Source of the DNA: Nanobdellota archaeon | GTDB lineage: Archaea; Nanobdellota; Nanobdellia; JAAOXT01 | NCBI GenBank assembly: GCA_018221045.1 | Contig: JAAOXT010000017.1 | Span: 6,356 to 70,355 of the forward strand | DNA: 64,000 nt | Direction: 5' to 3' | Part shown: positions 10,013 to 18,437 of the stretch, in pieces | Layout: the number at the start of each line of letters is the position of its first letter | How positions within the stretch are numbered: the stretch's first letter is position 1 | Translations under genes and position numbers: made by a program | The notes under the pieces: model-generated | Seen by the model: the letters and a program-made list of their open reading frames with translations, nothing else | What the model was told of the DNA's origin: nothing | The model's database searches: none

Positions 10013-10498
10013 ATGAAAGAACATAAAAGGCCGGGCTGGGATGAGTACTTTATGGGCATTGTTCGAGAAGTTGCTAAGCGAGCCACCTGTGACCGCGGAA
10101 GGAACTCTGCAATAATCGTGAAGAACAAGCGAATCATCGCTACTGGTTATGTCGGCGCCCCCGTAGGTTTAAACCATTGTGATGAAGTTGGGCACTTGAT
10201 TAAAGAGGTTTACGACGAGGACGGCAACGTTAAGAAACATTGTGTTCGCACCACCCACGCGGAGCAGAACGCTATTGCTCAAGCAGCGAGGTTCGGGGTG
10301 AGCATTGATGGAGGCACGATTTATACTAAAATGGAACCCTGCTTGGACTGCACCAAACTCTTAATCAACGCGGGGATTAAAAGGGTGGTGGCTGAGAAGC
10401 TCTATCACGACGGAGAGTTAAGTAGACGGTTCTTAAAGGACGCAGGAGTCAAGCTAGTAGTGTTGAACGAAGAAGTGGAGGAGTACAAAGAACAGTAA
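10013..10498 (+). CDS. dCMP deaminase family protein
   Basis: RPGWDEYFM, RATC, HAEQNAI, PCLDC. Confidence 0.93.
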   Translation: MKEHKRPGWDEYFMGIVREVAKRATCDRGRNSAIIVKNKRIIATGYVGAPVGLNHCDEVGHLIKEVYDEDGNVKKHCVRTTHAEQNAIAQAARFGVSIDGGTIYTKMEPCLDCTKLLINAGIKRVVAEKLYHDGELSRRFLKDAGVKLVVLNEEVEEYKEQ

Positions 10499-10547
10499 AA
10501 GAAAACCGAAACCTTTTTCGCTAGTTCTTAACTATCTTTACCTTAAA

Positions 10548-11093
10548 ATGAATGGTGTAAAAGTGCAGAACATTGTCGCATCCGTGAACCTGTTCGCCTC
10601 CCTCATAAATTTGGAAAAACTTGCAAAAAATCTTGATAACGTAACTTACGATCCGTCAAGGTTTCCTGGTGCGTGCCTCAAACTGAAAGACCCGAAAGTC
10701 TCTATTCTCATCTTCACTTCAGGTAAAATCGTGGTTTCCGGGTCGAAAACAGAGGAAGACATGCATTCCGCTATAAAAAAGGTCAAGAAAAAGCTTAGAA
10801 AACTAGGGGTCAGATTCAAAAAAAGTTATGACGCGAAGATACAGAACGTTGTCGCGTCCGGCGACGTGGGTTTTAAGATTAACTTGAACAAGCTGGCGTT
10901 CAAGGCTGAAGACACTGAGTACAACCCGGAACAATTTCCTGGCCTAGTGCACAAGCCTTCAGGCTCAAACCTAAGTTTTCTTTTGTTCAACACGGGTAAA
11001 ATCGTGTGCACTGGAGCGAAAAGCAAAAAAGAGATTGTTAATGGTAGAAGAAAGCTTGTGGCTTACTTGAAATCCTTAGGGTTTCATAAATAA
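10548..11093 (+). CDS. tbp: TATA-box binding protein
   Basis: Two repeats QNIVAS..YDPSRFPG..IFTSGKIV and QNVVAS..YNPEQFPG..LFNTGKIVCTGAK. Confidence 0.97.
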   Translation: MNGVKVQNIVASVNLFASLINLEKLAKNLDNVTYDPSRFPGACLKLKDPKVSILIFTSGKIVVSGSKTEEDMHSAIKKVKKKLRKLGVRFKKSYDAKIQNVVASGDVGFKINLNKLAFKAEDTEYNPEQFPGLVHKPSGSNLSFLLFNTGKIVCTGAKSKKEIVNGRRKLVAYLKSLGFHK

Positions 11094-11212
11094 TTAAATG
11101 CTCTGATAGGAATTGAGAAGTTGCATTCAGTCAAAAAAACGGGATTTCTATGGCGAACTCCAGAAAAAAAAGTTCGTTAAGTTTAAAAAAGGCTTTACTC
11201 CTTAATGAAAGC

Positions 11213-11458
11213 ATGGCAAAAATAACAAATACAAATGTTAAAACAGGAATTGTTAAAGACATGAGAAATACTTACGGGTTCATCACACCTGACGAAGGTG
11301 AAAAAGACATATTTGTTCATGAAAGTAACTCAAAAGAACGTCTTAGTAAAGGAGACAAAGTTGAATTCGAAATAGAACAAGCACCAAAAGGACCTAGAGC
11401 AATAAACGTAAAAAAAATTAAAAACGAAAACGTGAAAAAAGCAAGCAAAGAAGAATAA
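11213..11458 (+). CDS. cold-shock domain protein
   Basis: RNP1 YGFITP, RNP2 DIFVH, KGPRAINV; ATG 11213 lies about 25-30 nt after a TTTAAAAA box. Confidence 0.9.
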   Translation: MAKITNTNVKTGIVKDMRNTYGFITPDEGEKDIFVHESNSKERLSKGDKVEFEIEQAPKGPRAINVKKIKNENVKKASKEE

Positions 11459-11459
11459 G

Positions 11460-11480
11460 AAAGAAAGAACACTTTCTTTT
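11460..11480 (+). terminator. short hairpin after the cold-shock gene
   Basis: AAAGAAAG-AACA-CTTTCTTT with T-rich tracts downstream. Confidence 0.35.
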
Positions 11481-11538
11481 GAATATCCTAACAAAAATCT
11501 TTAACTTTTTTTTATTATTAGACATTACACTTAGTGCC

Positions 11539-11570
11539 GGGGTGTAGATAGAACTCGAAACCGCTGAATT
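11539..11570 (+). repeat. left terminal inverted repeat
   Basis: GGGGTGTAGATAGAACTCGAAACCGCTGAATT. Confidence 0.9.
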
Positions 11571-11692
11571 TGGAACATTGGATTTTCAATTAGTTTTTTT
11601 ATTCATCCTATTCTACCAGTCCACTTTAAGAATAAAATAAGGATAAAAATCAAAAAATTCTTCAAAGAATTAGTAAAAAAGATAAGTTGACC

Positions 11693-11977
11693 TTAAGCCA
11701 ATGACTTAAGGTAAGAAAGAACAGCGCTCTGACTTTTAATCTCGTTACCGAAATCCTGAATCCCAGGGCCCATTACAAACCTTTGAGACAAGTTCTCAAA
11801 AACTCTTAATTCACCTGTAAAAATTTTCTCAAACTTTTCAACAAGTTTATACAAATCTTTTTTAGGAAAAGAGCCAACGTCCTTCAAATCAATCAAACTT
11901 CCATCCAAACTAATCTGAGAAGGAATGACTCCAAACCTTGTTTCAATAAAATTTTCCATAACTAAATTCACCTCCAA
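11693..11977 (-). CDS. hypothetical protein (element cargo)
   Basis: 94-aa ORF; no recognisable motif. Confidence 0.45.
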   Translation of the reverse strand: MEVNLVMENFIETRFGVIPSQISLDGSLIDLKDVGSFPKKDLYKLVEKFEKIFTGELRVFENLSQRFVMGPGIQDFGNEIKSQSAVLSYLKSLA

Positions 11978-12105
11978 GTAAACAAAAAAAACTTTCCAAG
12001 ATAAAACAGGAAAATTATTTCAAAATCAAAAACGTCTTTAAAACAACACTTTTTTTTTCTTAATTGTTCTTAAATACATAAAACGACCCCCTACTTTTAA
12101 GCTTT

Positions 12106-12336
12106 TTGATTTGCTTCCATCAGGATTGGGAGCAAAACAAGACGAAAATACTGCAACTAAAACCTCGTGAACTAACGCGTTATAACGTTTCTCAAAGAAC
12201 GTTTTGGGATGTTAAAAACAAGATAAAAGAGGGAAAGGATGGGAAGATAAGGGAAAACACGAAAAAAAAGATTTTGAACTTTATTGTATCTTACCAAAGC
12301 AGCCAGAAAAAATCTCTTACGCCAAAGGATTATTAG
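12106..12336 (+). pseudogene. gene fragment resembling the C-terminal HTH-like tail of casposon family-B DNA polymerases
   Basis: ILQLKPRELTRYNVSQRTFWDVKNKIKEGK..IRENTKKKIL; TTG start only, in-frame stop just upstream; resemblance recalled, not searched. Confidence 0.45.
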
Positions 12337-12354
12337 TTTTTAAAAGACTCATTT

Positions 12355-13173
12355 TCAAGTGGTTTTTTTGGATCTTCTTTTTTCTACGAATAATCTTGAT
12401 ATAGGGTCATAAGGATATGTGCCTTTTCCTTTAGTTATTATTTTTCCAGAAGTCATTCCTTTTCCTATATGGCCTCCCACATTCCCAAGGACATGTATTG
12501 TTCCTCCTCGCATTTCTTTTCCTAAGAAGTCTCCAGTGTCGCCTTTGATTATTATTTGTCCGCCTCTCATCCATTTCCCGGCCGTTCCACCTACGCTTCC
12601 GTTAACAAGGATTTCTCCGTCCCGCATCTCGCTTCCCAGGTTTTCTCCAGTGTTTCCTTCAATGATAAGTTCTCCATCACACATTTTTGAACCTGCGAAT
12701 GCTCCTGCATTTCCTTCAACAACCATTCTTCCTCCTTGAAGCATGTGATACCCTGCCCGGCTTCCAACGTCGCCCTCAACTGTCAAAGTTTTTTCTGTTA
12801 GAAAACATCCTAAGTGTCGTATTCCTGTTAGTTCGTTGTCGCATTTGTTTTGCATTCCTGGAATTTTGATTTCGTCTTCTGGAATGGTTTTCATCATTGC
12901 TGACAAAAAGATACCATCTACTCCTTTGAAGTCTTTTTTTTCACAGAATGAGTATAAAACATCGTTGTCAATCTTGAGTTCAGAGTCAACTAAAAGTAAT
13001 TGAGCGTAAAAAAAATCTCCTTTATGTGATTGGAAGGGAGAAGGAAAAGCATAACTCATTAATTCTTGAAATAAGGGTTGAAGAGGTTTTTTTAATCCAG
13101 GTAATGAATATTCTCCTCCTATACTTGTGTTTGTTCTCCATGTTTCAAGTATTTTTTCGAGTTTCGTAATCAT
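12355..13173 (-). CDS. GXGXG beta-helix repeat protein (GltB/FwdC C-terminal-like)
   Basis: About six 19-aa repeats of the form I.V.G..G...G..M.GG. Confidence 0.85.
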   Translation of the reverse strand: MITKLEKILETWRTNTSIGGEYSLPGLKKPLQPLFQELMSYAFPSPFQSHKGDFFYAQLLLVDSELKIDNDVLYSFCEKKDFKGVDGIFLSAMMKTIPEDEIKIPGMQNKCDNELTGIRHLGCFLTEKTLTVEGDVGSRAGYHMLQGGRMVVEGNAGAFAGSKMCDGELIIEGNTGENLGSEMRDGEILVNGSVGGTAGKWMRGGQIIIKGDTGDFLGKEMRGGTIHVLGNVGGHIGKGMTSGKIITKGKGTYPYDPISRLFVEKRRSKKTT

Positions 13174-13277
13174 TGAACTTTGAAAAAAGAGATTCAGGTT
13201 TTAAAACCTTTCCCAAATAAAAAAATCAGATGTTTCTATAAAGTATATTTTAAATTAGTAGTTATAAAACGAAAGAT

Positions 13278-13613
13278 TTACTCTTTTACAGCCAGACCTC
13301 TTACTGAACGATCTTGCGGATGAATGAATGCTAATACGTCTCTTCCAACTAAATCGTCTATACTGTCAACATTCATTTCTTCCATAAATAGCGCAAATAC
13401 TTCTTCTCCAATTAACCAATAATGTCTGAAACTCCCTCTTAAACCTTTTCCAGATTCTTGCAATCCCATCTGCACGACATCTTCATCACCATAGGACTTT
13501 TCCGCTACTTCTGCAGATTCAATTATAAATTGACTTCCGACAGTTCCAACTGGAAGACCAAGATCTTCAAATTTGTATTTTCCAAAACTTTGATATATAT
13601 TCATTTTATTCAC
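13278..13613 (-). CDS. hypothetical protein (element cargo)
   Basis: 111-aa ORF overlapping the stop of the upstream gene. Confidence 0.55.
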   Translation of the reverse strand: MNKMNIYQSFGKYKFEDLGLPVGTVGSQFIIESAEVAEKSYGDEDVVQMGLQESGKGLRGSFRHYWLIGEEVFALFMEEMNVDSIDDLVGRDVLAFIHPQDRSVRGLAVKE

Positions 13614-14320
13614 TTCGATTTTGACTTAAAAAGTTCTAAAGTAACGTCATATAAAGTTTTTCCTTCTATAATATCTAAGTAAGCTACAGATAGACGTTGA
13701 TCACCAATTGTGGCAATTATATTTTCTCTGCCAGATGTTGATAATGATAATGATCCAATGACTCCTTCAAAGGTTTCGCCATTATACAAGCCCCCATATT
13801 TTTCGTTACTTTTCACTTTCATTCCAGCTCTCCAAATTCCATGTTTTGAGCTATAAACTTCTTGTAAATCTTTTTTTAAATCATAAGCGCCTTCACACTT
13901 TCCCCCAAACTTAAATGAACAGTTATGACAGAGTTTTATATATCTCGCAATTGTTTCACCTTCTAATTCATGGGCAGCAATGAAAAGGTTTTGAATCTCT
14001 TCTTGACTTCTATTTATTTTTTGAAGACCTGTTCTATCAGCAGTTATCCTTTCGTATACATGCATTTTTTTATAATACTCTTCCATATCATTATATTGAC
14101 AATGATCTGGAAGTAATTTCTCTAAAAGTCCAGGGTAATGTGGTGACATAAAAGAATAACTATCAAGAGATTTGTCTATAGCTTCGCAAAGCTGCTTTTT
14201 CTCATGGTTTTTGCGGTCAGATTCAGACATTTTAGGTTCCAAAACTTGTGGTTCAGATTTAGATCTTCCAAACAATTTTTTGAGTCGTTCTTTCATTAGA
14301 AGCTTCAAACCAAAACCCAT
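13610..14320 (-). CDS. hypothetical protein (element cargo)
   Basis: 236-aa ORF with a CHNC...C cluster. Confidence 0.65.
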   Translation of the reverse strand: MGFGLKLLMKERLKKLFGRSKSEPQVLEPKMSESDRKNHEKKQLCEAIDKSLDSYSFMSPHYPGLLEKLLPDHCQYNDMEEYYKKMHVYERITADRTGLQKINRSQEEIQNLFIAAHELEGETIARYIKLCHNCSFKFGGKCEGAYDLKKDLQEVYSSKHGIWRAGMKVKSNEKYGGLYNGETFEGVIGSLSLSTSGRENIIATIGDQRLSVAYLDIIEGKTLYDVTLELFKSKSK

Positions 14321-14410
14321 TTATAAGGTTTTCGCTACTGTTCAGTAGTGTTTTCTTAAAGGTTTTTGGATCACTCTTTGAATTGAATCAAGAACACTAA
14401 TTTTTTCTAT

Positions 14411-14442
14411 AATTCAGCGGTTTCGACATCTATCTATACCCC
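14411..14442 (-). repeat. right terminal inverted repeat
   Basis: Reverse complement GGGGTATAGATAGATGTCGAAACCGCTGAATT. Confidence 0.9.
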
Positions 14443-14452
14443 TTAATCTCTA

Positions 14453-14576
14453 TGCCCCTGCCGGGATTTGAACCCGGGTCACAAGCTATCTCCAAACTTT
14501 TGGTTTTTTGATTAAACTTTTTTTCTAAAAAGTTTATGAGAGGCTTGCATGCTTGGCCGAACTACACTACAGGAGC
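14453..14576 (-). tRNA. tRNA-Glu(CTC) with 49-nt intron (14488-14536) at position 37/38
   Basis: GCTCCTG/CAGGGGC-A acceptor stem, CAAGC/GCTTG anticodon stem, GGTTCAAATCC; canonical BHB (CTCT/GGAG helix, CA^T and AT^A bulges). Confidence 0.95.
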
Positions 14577-14658
14577 TATTCACACTTCTTTGGTCTAAAC
14601 GCTTTTTTAAAGTTTTTCAAAACTTTTAAAACAATCAGATTACCGAATTGATTAATTA

Positions 14659-15528
14659 ATGAAAATTGGTTTCGTGGGAGCGGGAAGGGTTGGCAAAAGT
14701 CTAGCGTTCCTGTTCAAAAGAGCCAAGCACGAAGTAATCGGGGTTTACAGCAGAACCCAAAACTCGTGCAACGAGTTCACAAAGTTTGTTGGCAACGGCA
14801 AAACCTTCGAGAACCTAAAAGAACTGGCAAAAGAATGCGAAGTCGTGTTCATCACGACCAACGACGACTCCATACAACAAGTCTGCGAGGGTTTAAGCCC
14901 ATACTTGTCCAGCGAACAGTTCGTGTTCCACTGCAGCGGACTACTAACCACCCAAGCCCTCACTTCAGCGAAAGCAAAAGGCTGCGAGGTCGGCGCCATG
15001 CACCCAATACAAAGCATTCCGAACCCGCACTACGGCATCATGAACCTTCCCCACTCATACTTCGACATCCAGTGCAGTCCAGGAGCCGAATTAGTGGCTG
15101 AAAGACTTGTCAAAGACTTGAAATGCACTCCCATCAAAATCCTACCAGAAGAAAAAGTTTACAACCACTTAGCGTCATGCATGGTTTCAAACTATCAAGT
15201 ATCCTTATTTGACGCGGCCCTAAAACTATACGAAAACACGAGCATAAGCAAAGACTTGGCTTCACAAATGCTCTCCCACTTATCAAAACAGACAGTCATA
15301 AACCTCGAGAACCTCGGACCGTTACGCGCCCTAACCGGACCCATAATGAGAGGTGATGTTGGAACAGTCAAAAAACACTTGAAAAGCATAAAAGACGATA
15401 ACGTGATGATCCTATACCAAAAAGTTGGATTAATACTCCTAAAACTTGCGGAACAAAGAGGCAGAATAAAGAAAAAGCAAGCCGAACAAATCAAAAACTT
15501 GCTCGAAAACACCGATAAACACGGCTAA
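14659..15528 (+). CDS. Rossmann-fold oxidoreductase with DUF2520 domain
   Basis: IGFVGAGRVG, HCSG, MHPIQS, SNY, ALTGPIMRGD. Confidence 0.9.
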   Translation: MKIGFVGAGRVGKSLAFLFKRAKHEVIGVYSRTQNSCNEFTKFVGNGKTFENLKELAKECEVVFITTNDDSIQQVCEGLSPYLSSEQFVFHCSGLLTTQALTSAKAKGCEVGAMHPIQSIPNPHYGIMNLPHSYFDIQCSPGAELVAERLVKDLKCTPIKILPEEKVYNHLASCMVSNYQVSLFDAALKLYENTSISKDLASQMLSHLSKQTVINLENLGPLRALTGPIMRGDVGTVKKHLKSIKDDNVMILYQKVGLILLKLAEQRGRIKKKQAEQIKNLLENTDKHG

Positions 15529-15550
15529 TTTTACAATTTTTTAGTGGTAA

Positions 15551-15564
15551 GAAACATTTAAAAA
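15551..15564 (+). promoter_or_regulatory. BRE/TATA promoter of the putative ncRNA
   Basis: GAAACA-TTTAAAAA ending 23 nt before the structured RNA. Confidence 0.55.
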
Positions 15565-15586
15565 TAGGAAATGTTCAGAAGTTCAA

Positions 15587-15679
15587 TGCAGGTGTTAAAA
15601 CAGAAATGTTTTGAGAATACTGGTTCCTTCGGGATTCAACTGTTTGGAAGCTCCGCCTTCGGGTGTCTTTCCGCCTGCA
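15587..15679 (+). ncRNA. putative novel structured RNA (four-way junction)
   Basis: P1 TGCAGGTG/CGCCTGCA; P2 TTAAAACA-GAAA-TGTTTTGA; P3 and P4 capped by cTTCGg; G-U pairs favour the + strand. Confidence 0.75.
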
Positions 15680-15730
15680 CTAATAATCCCTTTCTAAAGA
15701 TTTAATAATCTAGAAACAATTCAGATAGAA

Positions 15731-16054
15731 TCAAGCCACGGCCAATCCTTCTTCAAGGTTTAGAGCACTTCTCTTAAGTTCGTTCCGGAAAAAACTCAAG
15801 CCCTTAGTATTATCTATCGCTTCAAAAACCTTTTCAAGCTGGCTCGGATCATCAGTCACGGGAACTAAAATGTTCTTCCTAACGTCTAAAGGATTGGAAA
15901 CCTTCTTAACAAAGTTATTCTTAAGAGCTTCGGCAATCCTGTCCCTGCCCGTCCTTTTTGAACTGAACTGTCCTGAAACGTAACCAGTCGTGGGCAATTC
16001 ATTGTTAACCTTAATGTAATTGAGTACAACGTTTTTAACCTCATAAACCATCAT
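15731..16054 (-). CDS. hypothetical protein, possibly winged-helix-like
   Basis: 107-aa ORF; ...FVKKVSNPLDVRKNILVP resembles a wing motif. Confidence 0.55.
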   Translation of the reverse strand: MMVYEVKNVVLNYIKVNNELPTTGYVSGQFSSKRTGRDRIAEALKNNFVKKVSNPLDVRKNILVPVTDDPSQLEKVFEAIDNTKGLSFFRNELKRSALNLEEGLAVA

Positions 16055-16212
16055 AAATCACTATTTTACCACTATAAAGTAGTTATTTATAAGTGTTTTT
16101 GTTGTGGTGGTTCCGCGCCCAGAATAGCCTTTTTTACGCGCAAAGCCCTAAACAGTCCTGCTTTATTGTTGTGAAGTTTTTTATAATAGTTTTTTCAGAG
16201 TTAATGTTTAAA

Positions 16213-17334
16213 ATGGGCAGAGCTTTCTGGTCGGCTGTCGCCGCAATTATTGGAACCACGATCGGGGCAGGAGTTCTCGCCCTACCTTACGCTTTCTCTC
16301 AATCCGGCTACGCTTTCGGAATGCTTAACCTGATCATCGCGGGAGGAGCATCCACTTTCATGAGCCTTTACGTGGGCGAAGTCGCTCTGCGAACCAAAAA
16401 GGTTAGTCAGTTATCTGGTTTGGCTGGCAAGTATTTAGGCGCTAACGCTAAAAAGTTCATGTTCGGGCTTCAAGCGTTGAGCATTTACGCTGCCCTGATG
16501 GCTTACCTCATAGGAATAGGTGTTTCTGTTTCAAACTTGATTGGCGGACCGCAAATGTTTTACTCCACCATCTTCTTTTTTGTTTTCGCTCCAATCGTTT
16601 ATTTTGGTTTGAAAGCAGTGGAGGCTTCGGAAGCGTTATTGTCAGGTGTTAAGGTCTTAATGGCTATTGGGTTGAGTCTCATCCTGTTCTCCAGTTTTAA
16701 GCCAGAAAACCTCTTGTTCATGGACTCGTCGAAGGCCTTGTTTCCTTACGGCGCCAGCTTGTTCGCCTGCCTTAGCTTCAGCCTCATCCCAAACATTGAA
16801 AGAATCATGGACAAAAAGAAACGGGACATGGGGAAAGCCATTGTTGTTGGCATGGCGCTCTGCGTGTGCATTTACGCTCTGTTCACGACAAGTTTTATAG
16901 GCGCTTTTGGAAAAAATGTTCAAGAAATCGCTACAGCGAGTTTTGATGAAGGCTGGTTGAAAGTGGTTGCTGATTTGTTCGCTTTGGTCACGTTAACAAC
17001 GCCGTTCATAACTCTTTCATGGATTCTTAAAGACATTTTCATTTACGACTATGGTTGGCCTAGGCCTTGGCCATGGGTTTTCGCGGTTTTTCCCCCGCTG
17101 TTAATCGTCCTGCTGATCAACCCTTCTTTCATTCAAGCAGTGCTCGTCTCAGGCGCTTACGCTGGAAGCCTGGCTGGAATAATGATATGTCTTATCACCC
17201 TTCAAGCGAGGAAAAAAGGAGAGGAAAAACCTGATTACGTCGTGCCTTGGGGCCGGAAGCCTATGGCCGCGCTGATAGTCGTGTTCTTGGTTGGAATGGC
17301 TTACACCACTCTGCAACTGCTCGGCTTATTATAA
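16213..17334 (+). CDS. aromatic amino acid permease (TyrP/Mtr-like)
   Basis: IIGTTIGAGVLALPY signature; about 11 TM segments; start trimmed to ATG after TTTTTATA box. Confidence 0.88.
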   Translation: MGRAFWSAVAAIIGTTIGAGVLALPYAFSQSGYAFGMLNLIIAGGASTFMSLYVGEVALRTKKVSQLSGLAGKYLGANAKKFMFGLQALSIYAALMAYLIGIGVSVSNLIGGPQMFYSTIFFFVFAPIVYFGLKAVEASEALLSGVKVLMAIGLSLILFSSFKPENLLFMDSSKALFPYGASLFACLSFSLIPNIERIMDKKKRDMGKAIVVGMALCVCIYALFTTSFIGAFGKNVQEIATASFDEGWLKVVADLFALVTLTTPFITLSWILKDIFIYDYGWPRPWPWVFAVFPPLLIVLLINPSFIQAVLVSGAYAGSLAGIMICLITLQARKKGEEKPDYVVPWGRKPMAALIVVFLVGMAYTTLQLLGLL

Positions 17335-17368
17335 AATTTTATTAAAGAGTAATGTTTATGGCAACCTC

Positions 17369-18430
17369 ATGTTTTTGCTGATATCAATAATGCTTTTTTT
17401 AGGGGGTTTAATCCCTTTTATCATAGTCAAGCGTTACGCGAAAACCAACAATAGCGTCCTGATTGTTGGCGGATTGGCGTGGGCTTGCGGCATGAGTCTC
17501 AAAGTGTTTATTAGTGTTTTATTAACTGTTTACGTGCCAAGCTTGTTCTACAATCCAACCATATTAATTGCTTACGCTATAATGATAGAATCCGCAGAAG
17601 TCTTGGCGGCGTACATTTTCCTTAAATATCTCCCTTCTTTCAAAAAAGTTAGTCTCAGGGATTTATTGGGTTTCGGCGCGGGTTTTGGTATTGGTGAGGC
17701 CTGGACTATCGCTTTTCTTTTAGCTTTACCTATAAGCTTTCCTTTCACGGGCTTCGTGTCAACGATGCCGATGTTCGAGCGTTTTTCGGCAATCCTTATT
17801 CACGCGACCTCAGCGGTTTTCATAGGTTTGTTCATAAAAAATAAAAAAAAGTTGGACGCTGTTTTCGGACTGTTATCAAAGACTTTATCAGTTACCCTAT
17901 TGGTTCTGCCTGGCGCGTTGCAAATCGCGGGTTTGGTGGGGGACAGCATTGTTTATTTCACTGAACTCTTCATCGGGTTATACGCAATCACTTGGTTAAT
18001 GATTCTTCTCAAAAGGTTGGGCAAGTTCAAGCTCGGCGAGGCTCGTGCCAAAATTGTTTTGAATAAGAAAAAAGTTGCTTTAATCCTGATAACTGTGTTT
18101 TTGTTTTGCATTCCTTTCAGACTGTTAGCTGCTTACCTGTTCTTTGACCAAGTAACGTCTGTTTTCGCGTTAACACTCTCCTTGTTTTTCATCTCCCTAG
18201 TTTTTTTGAAGAAGGGTTTTTGCAAGCTTGACACTATTCTTGGAGTCTTTTTGGGGGTTTGCCTGTCAACCTTTTTCAGGAATTTTTTGGGCGCGCTGGA
18301 GAACCCGTCGCTTTACGCTTTGATCGGCGTGAACGTGTTGTCAGCCCCGTTACTAGCTCTTTTCGGAACAATAATGGCCGGAGTTGCTGTAACACGTTTC
18401 AAGAACAGAAAATTTTTGTTAAAAAAATAA
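17369..18430 (+). CDS. YhfC/PrsW-like intramembrane protease family membrane protein
   Basis: GFGAGFGIGEA, ERFSAILIH; multiple TM segments. Confidence 0.6.
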   Translation: MFLLISIMLFLGGLIPFIIVKRYAKTNNSVLIVGGLAWACGMSLKVFISVLLTVYVPSLFYNPTILIAYAIMIESAEVLAAYIFLKYLPSFKKVSLRDLLGFGAGFGIGEAWTIAFLLALPISFPFTGFVSTMPMFERFSAILIHATSAVFIGLFIKNKKKLDAVFGLLSKTLSVTLLVLPGALQIAGLVGDSIVYFTELFIGLYAITWLMILLKRLGKFKLGEARAKIVLNKKKVALILITVFLFCIPFRLLAAYLFFDQVTSVFALTLSLFFISLVFLKKGFCKLDTILGVFLGVCLSTFFRNFLGALENPSLYALIGVNVLSAPLLALFGTIMAGVAVTRFKNRKFLLKK

Positions 18431-18437
18431 ATTGTTT

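Larger units (their letters stand above)
11539..14442. mobile_element. TIR-bounded element at the tRNA-Glu 3' end; casposon-like, non-autonomous or decayed
   Basis: 32-bp inverted repeats (29/32) starting GGGG; degenerate 14-bp flanking direct repeat; AT-rich cargo. Confidence 0.75.

Noticed and set aside
12355-13173. Formylmethanofuran dehydrogenase subunit C or glutamate synthase
   Set aside because: Only the beta-helix repeat is shared, and no partner subunits are nearby
11539-14442. Tn3-family or IS interpretation of the GGGG-starting TIRs
   Set aside because: No transposase or resolvase and no exact 5-bp duplication; the tRNA-anchored 14-bp geometry fits casposons better, though this alternative is not fully excluded
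15587-15679. tRNA, tRNA-Sec, 5S rRNA, SRP RNA or simple terminator
   Set aside because: No T-loop or 7-nt anticodon loop, no 5S/SRP motifs; the multibranch fold with its own TATA box exceeds a terminator
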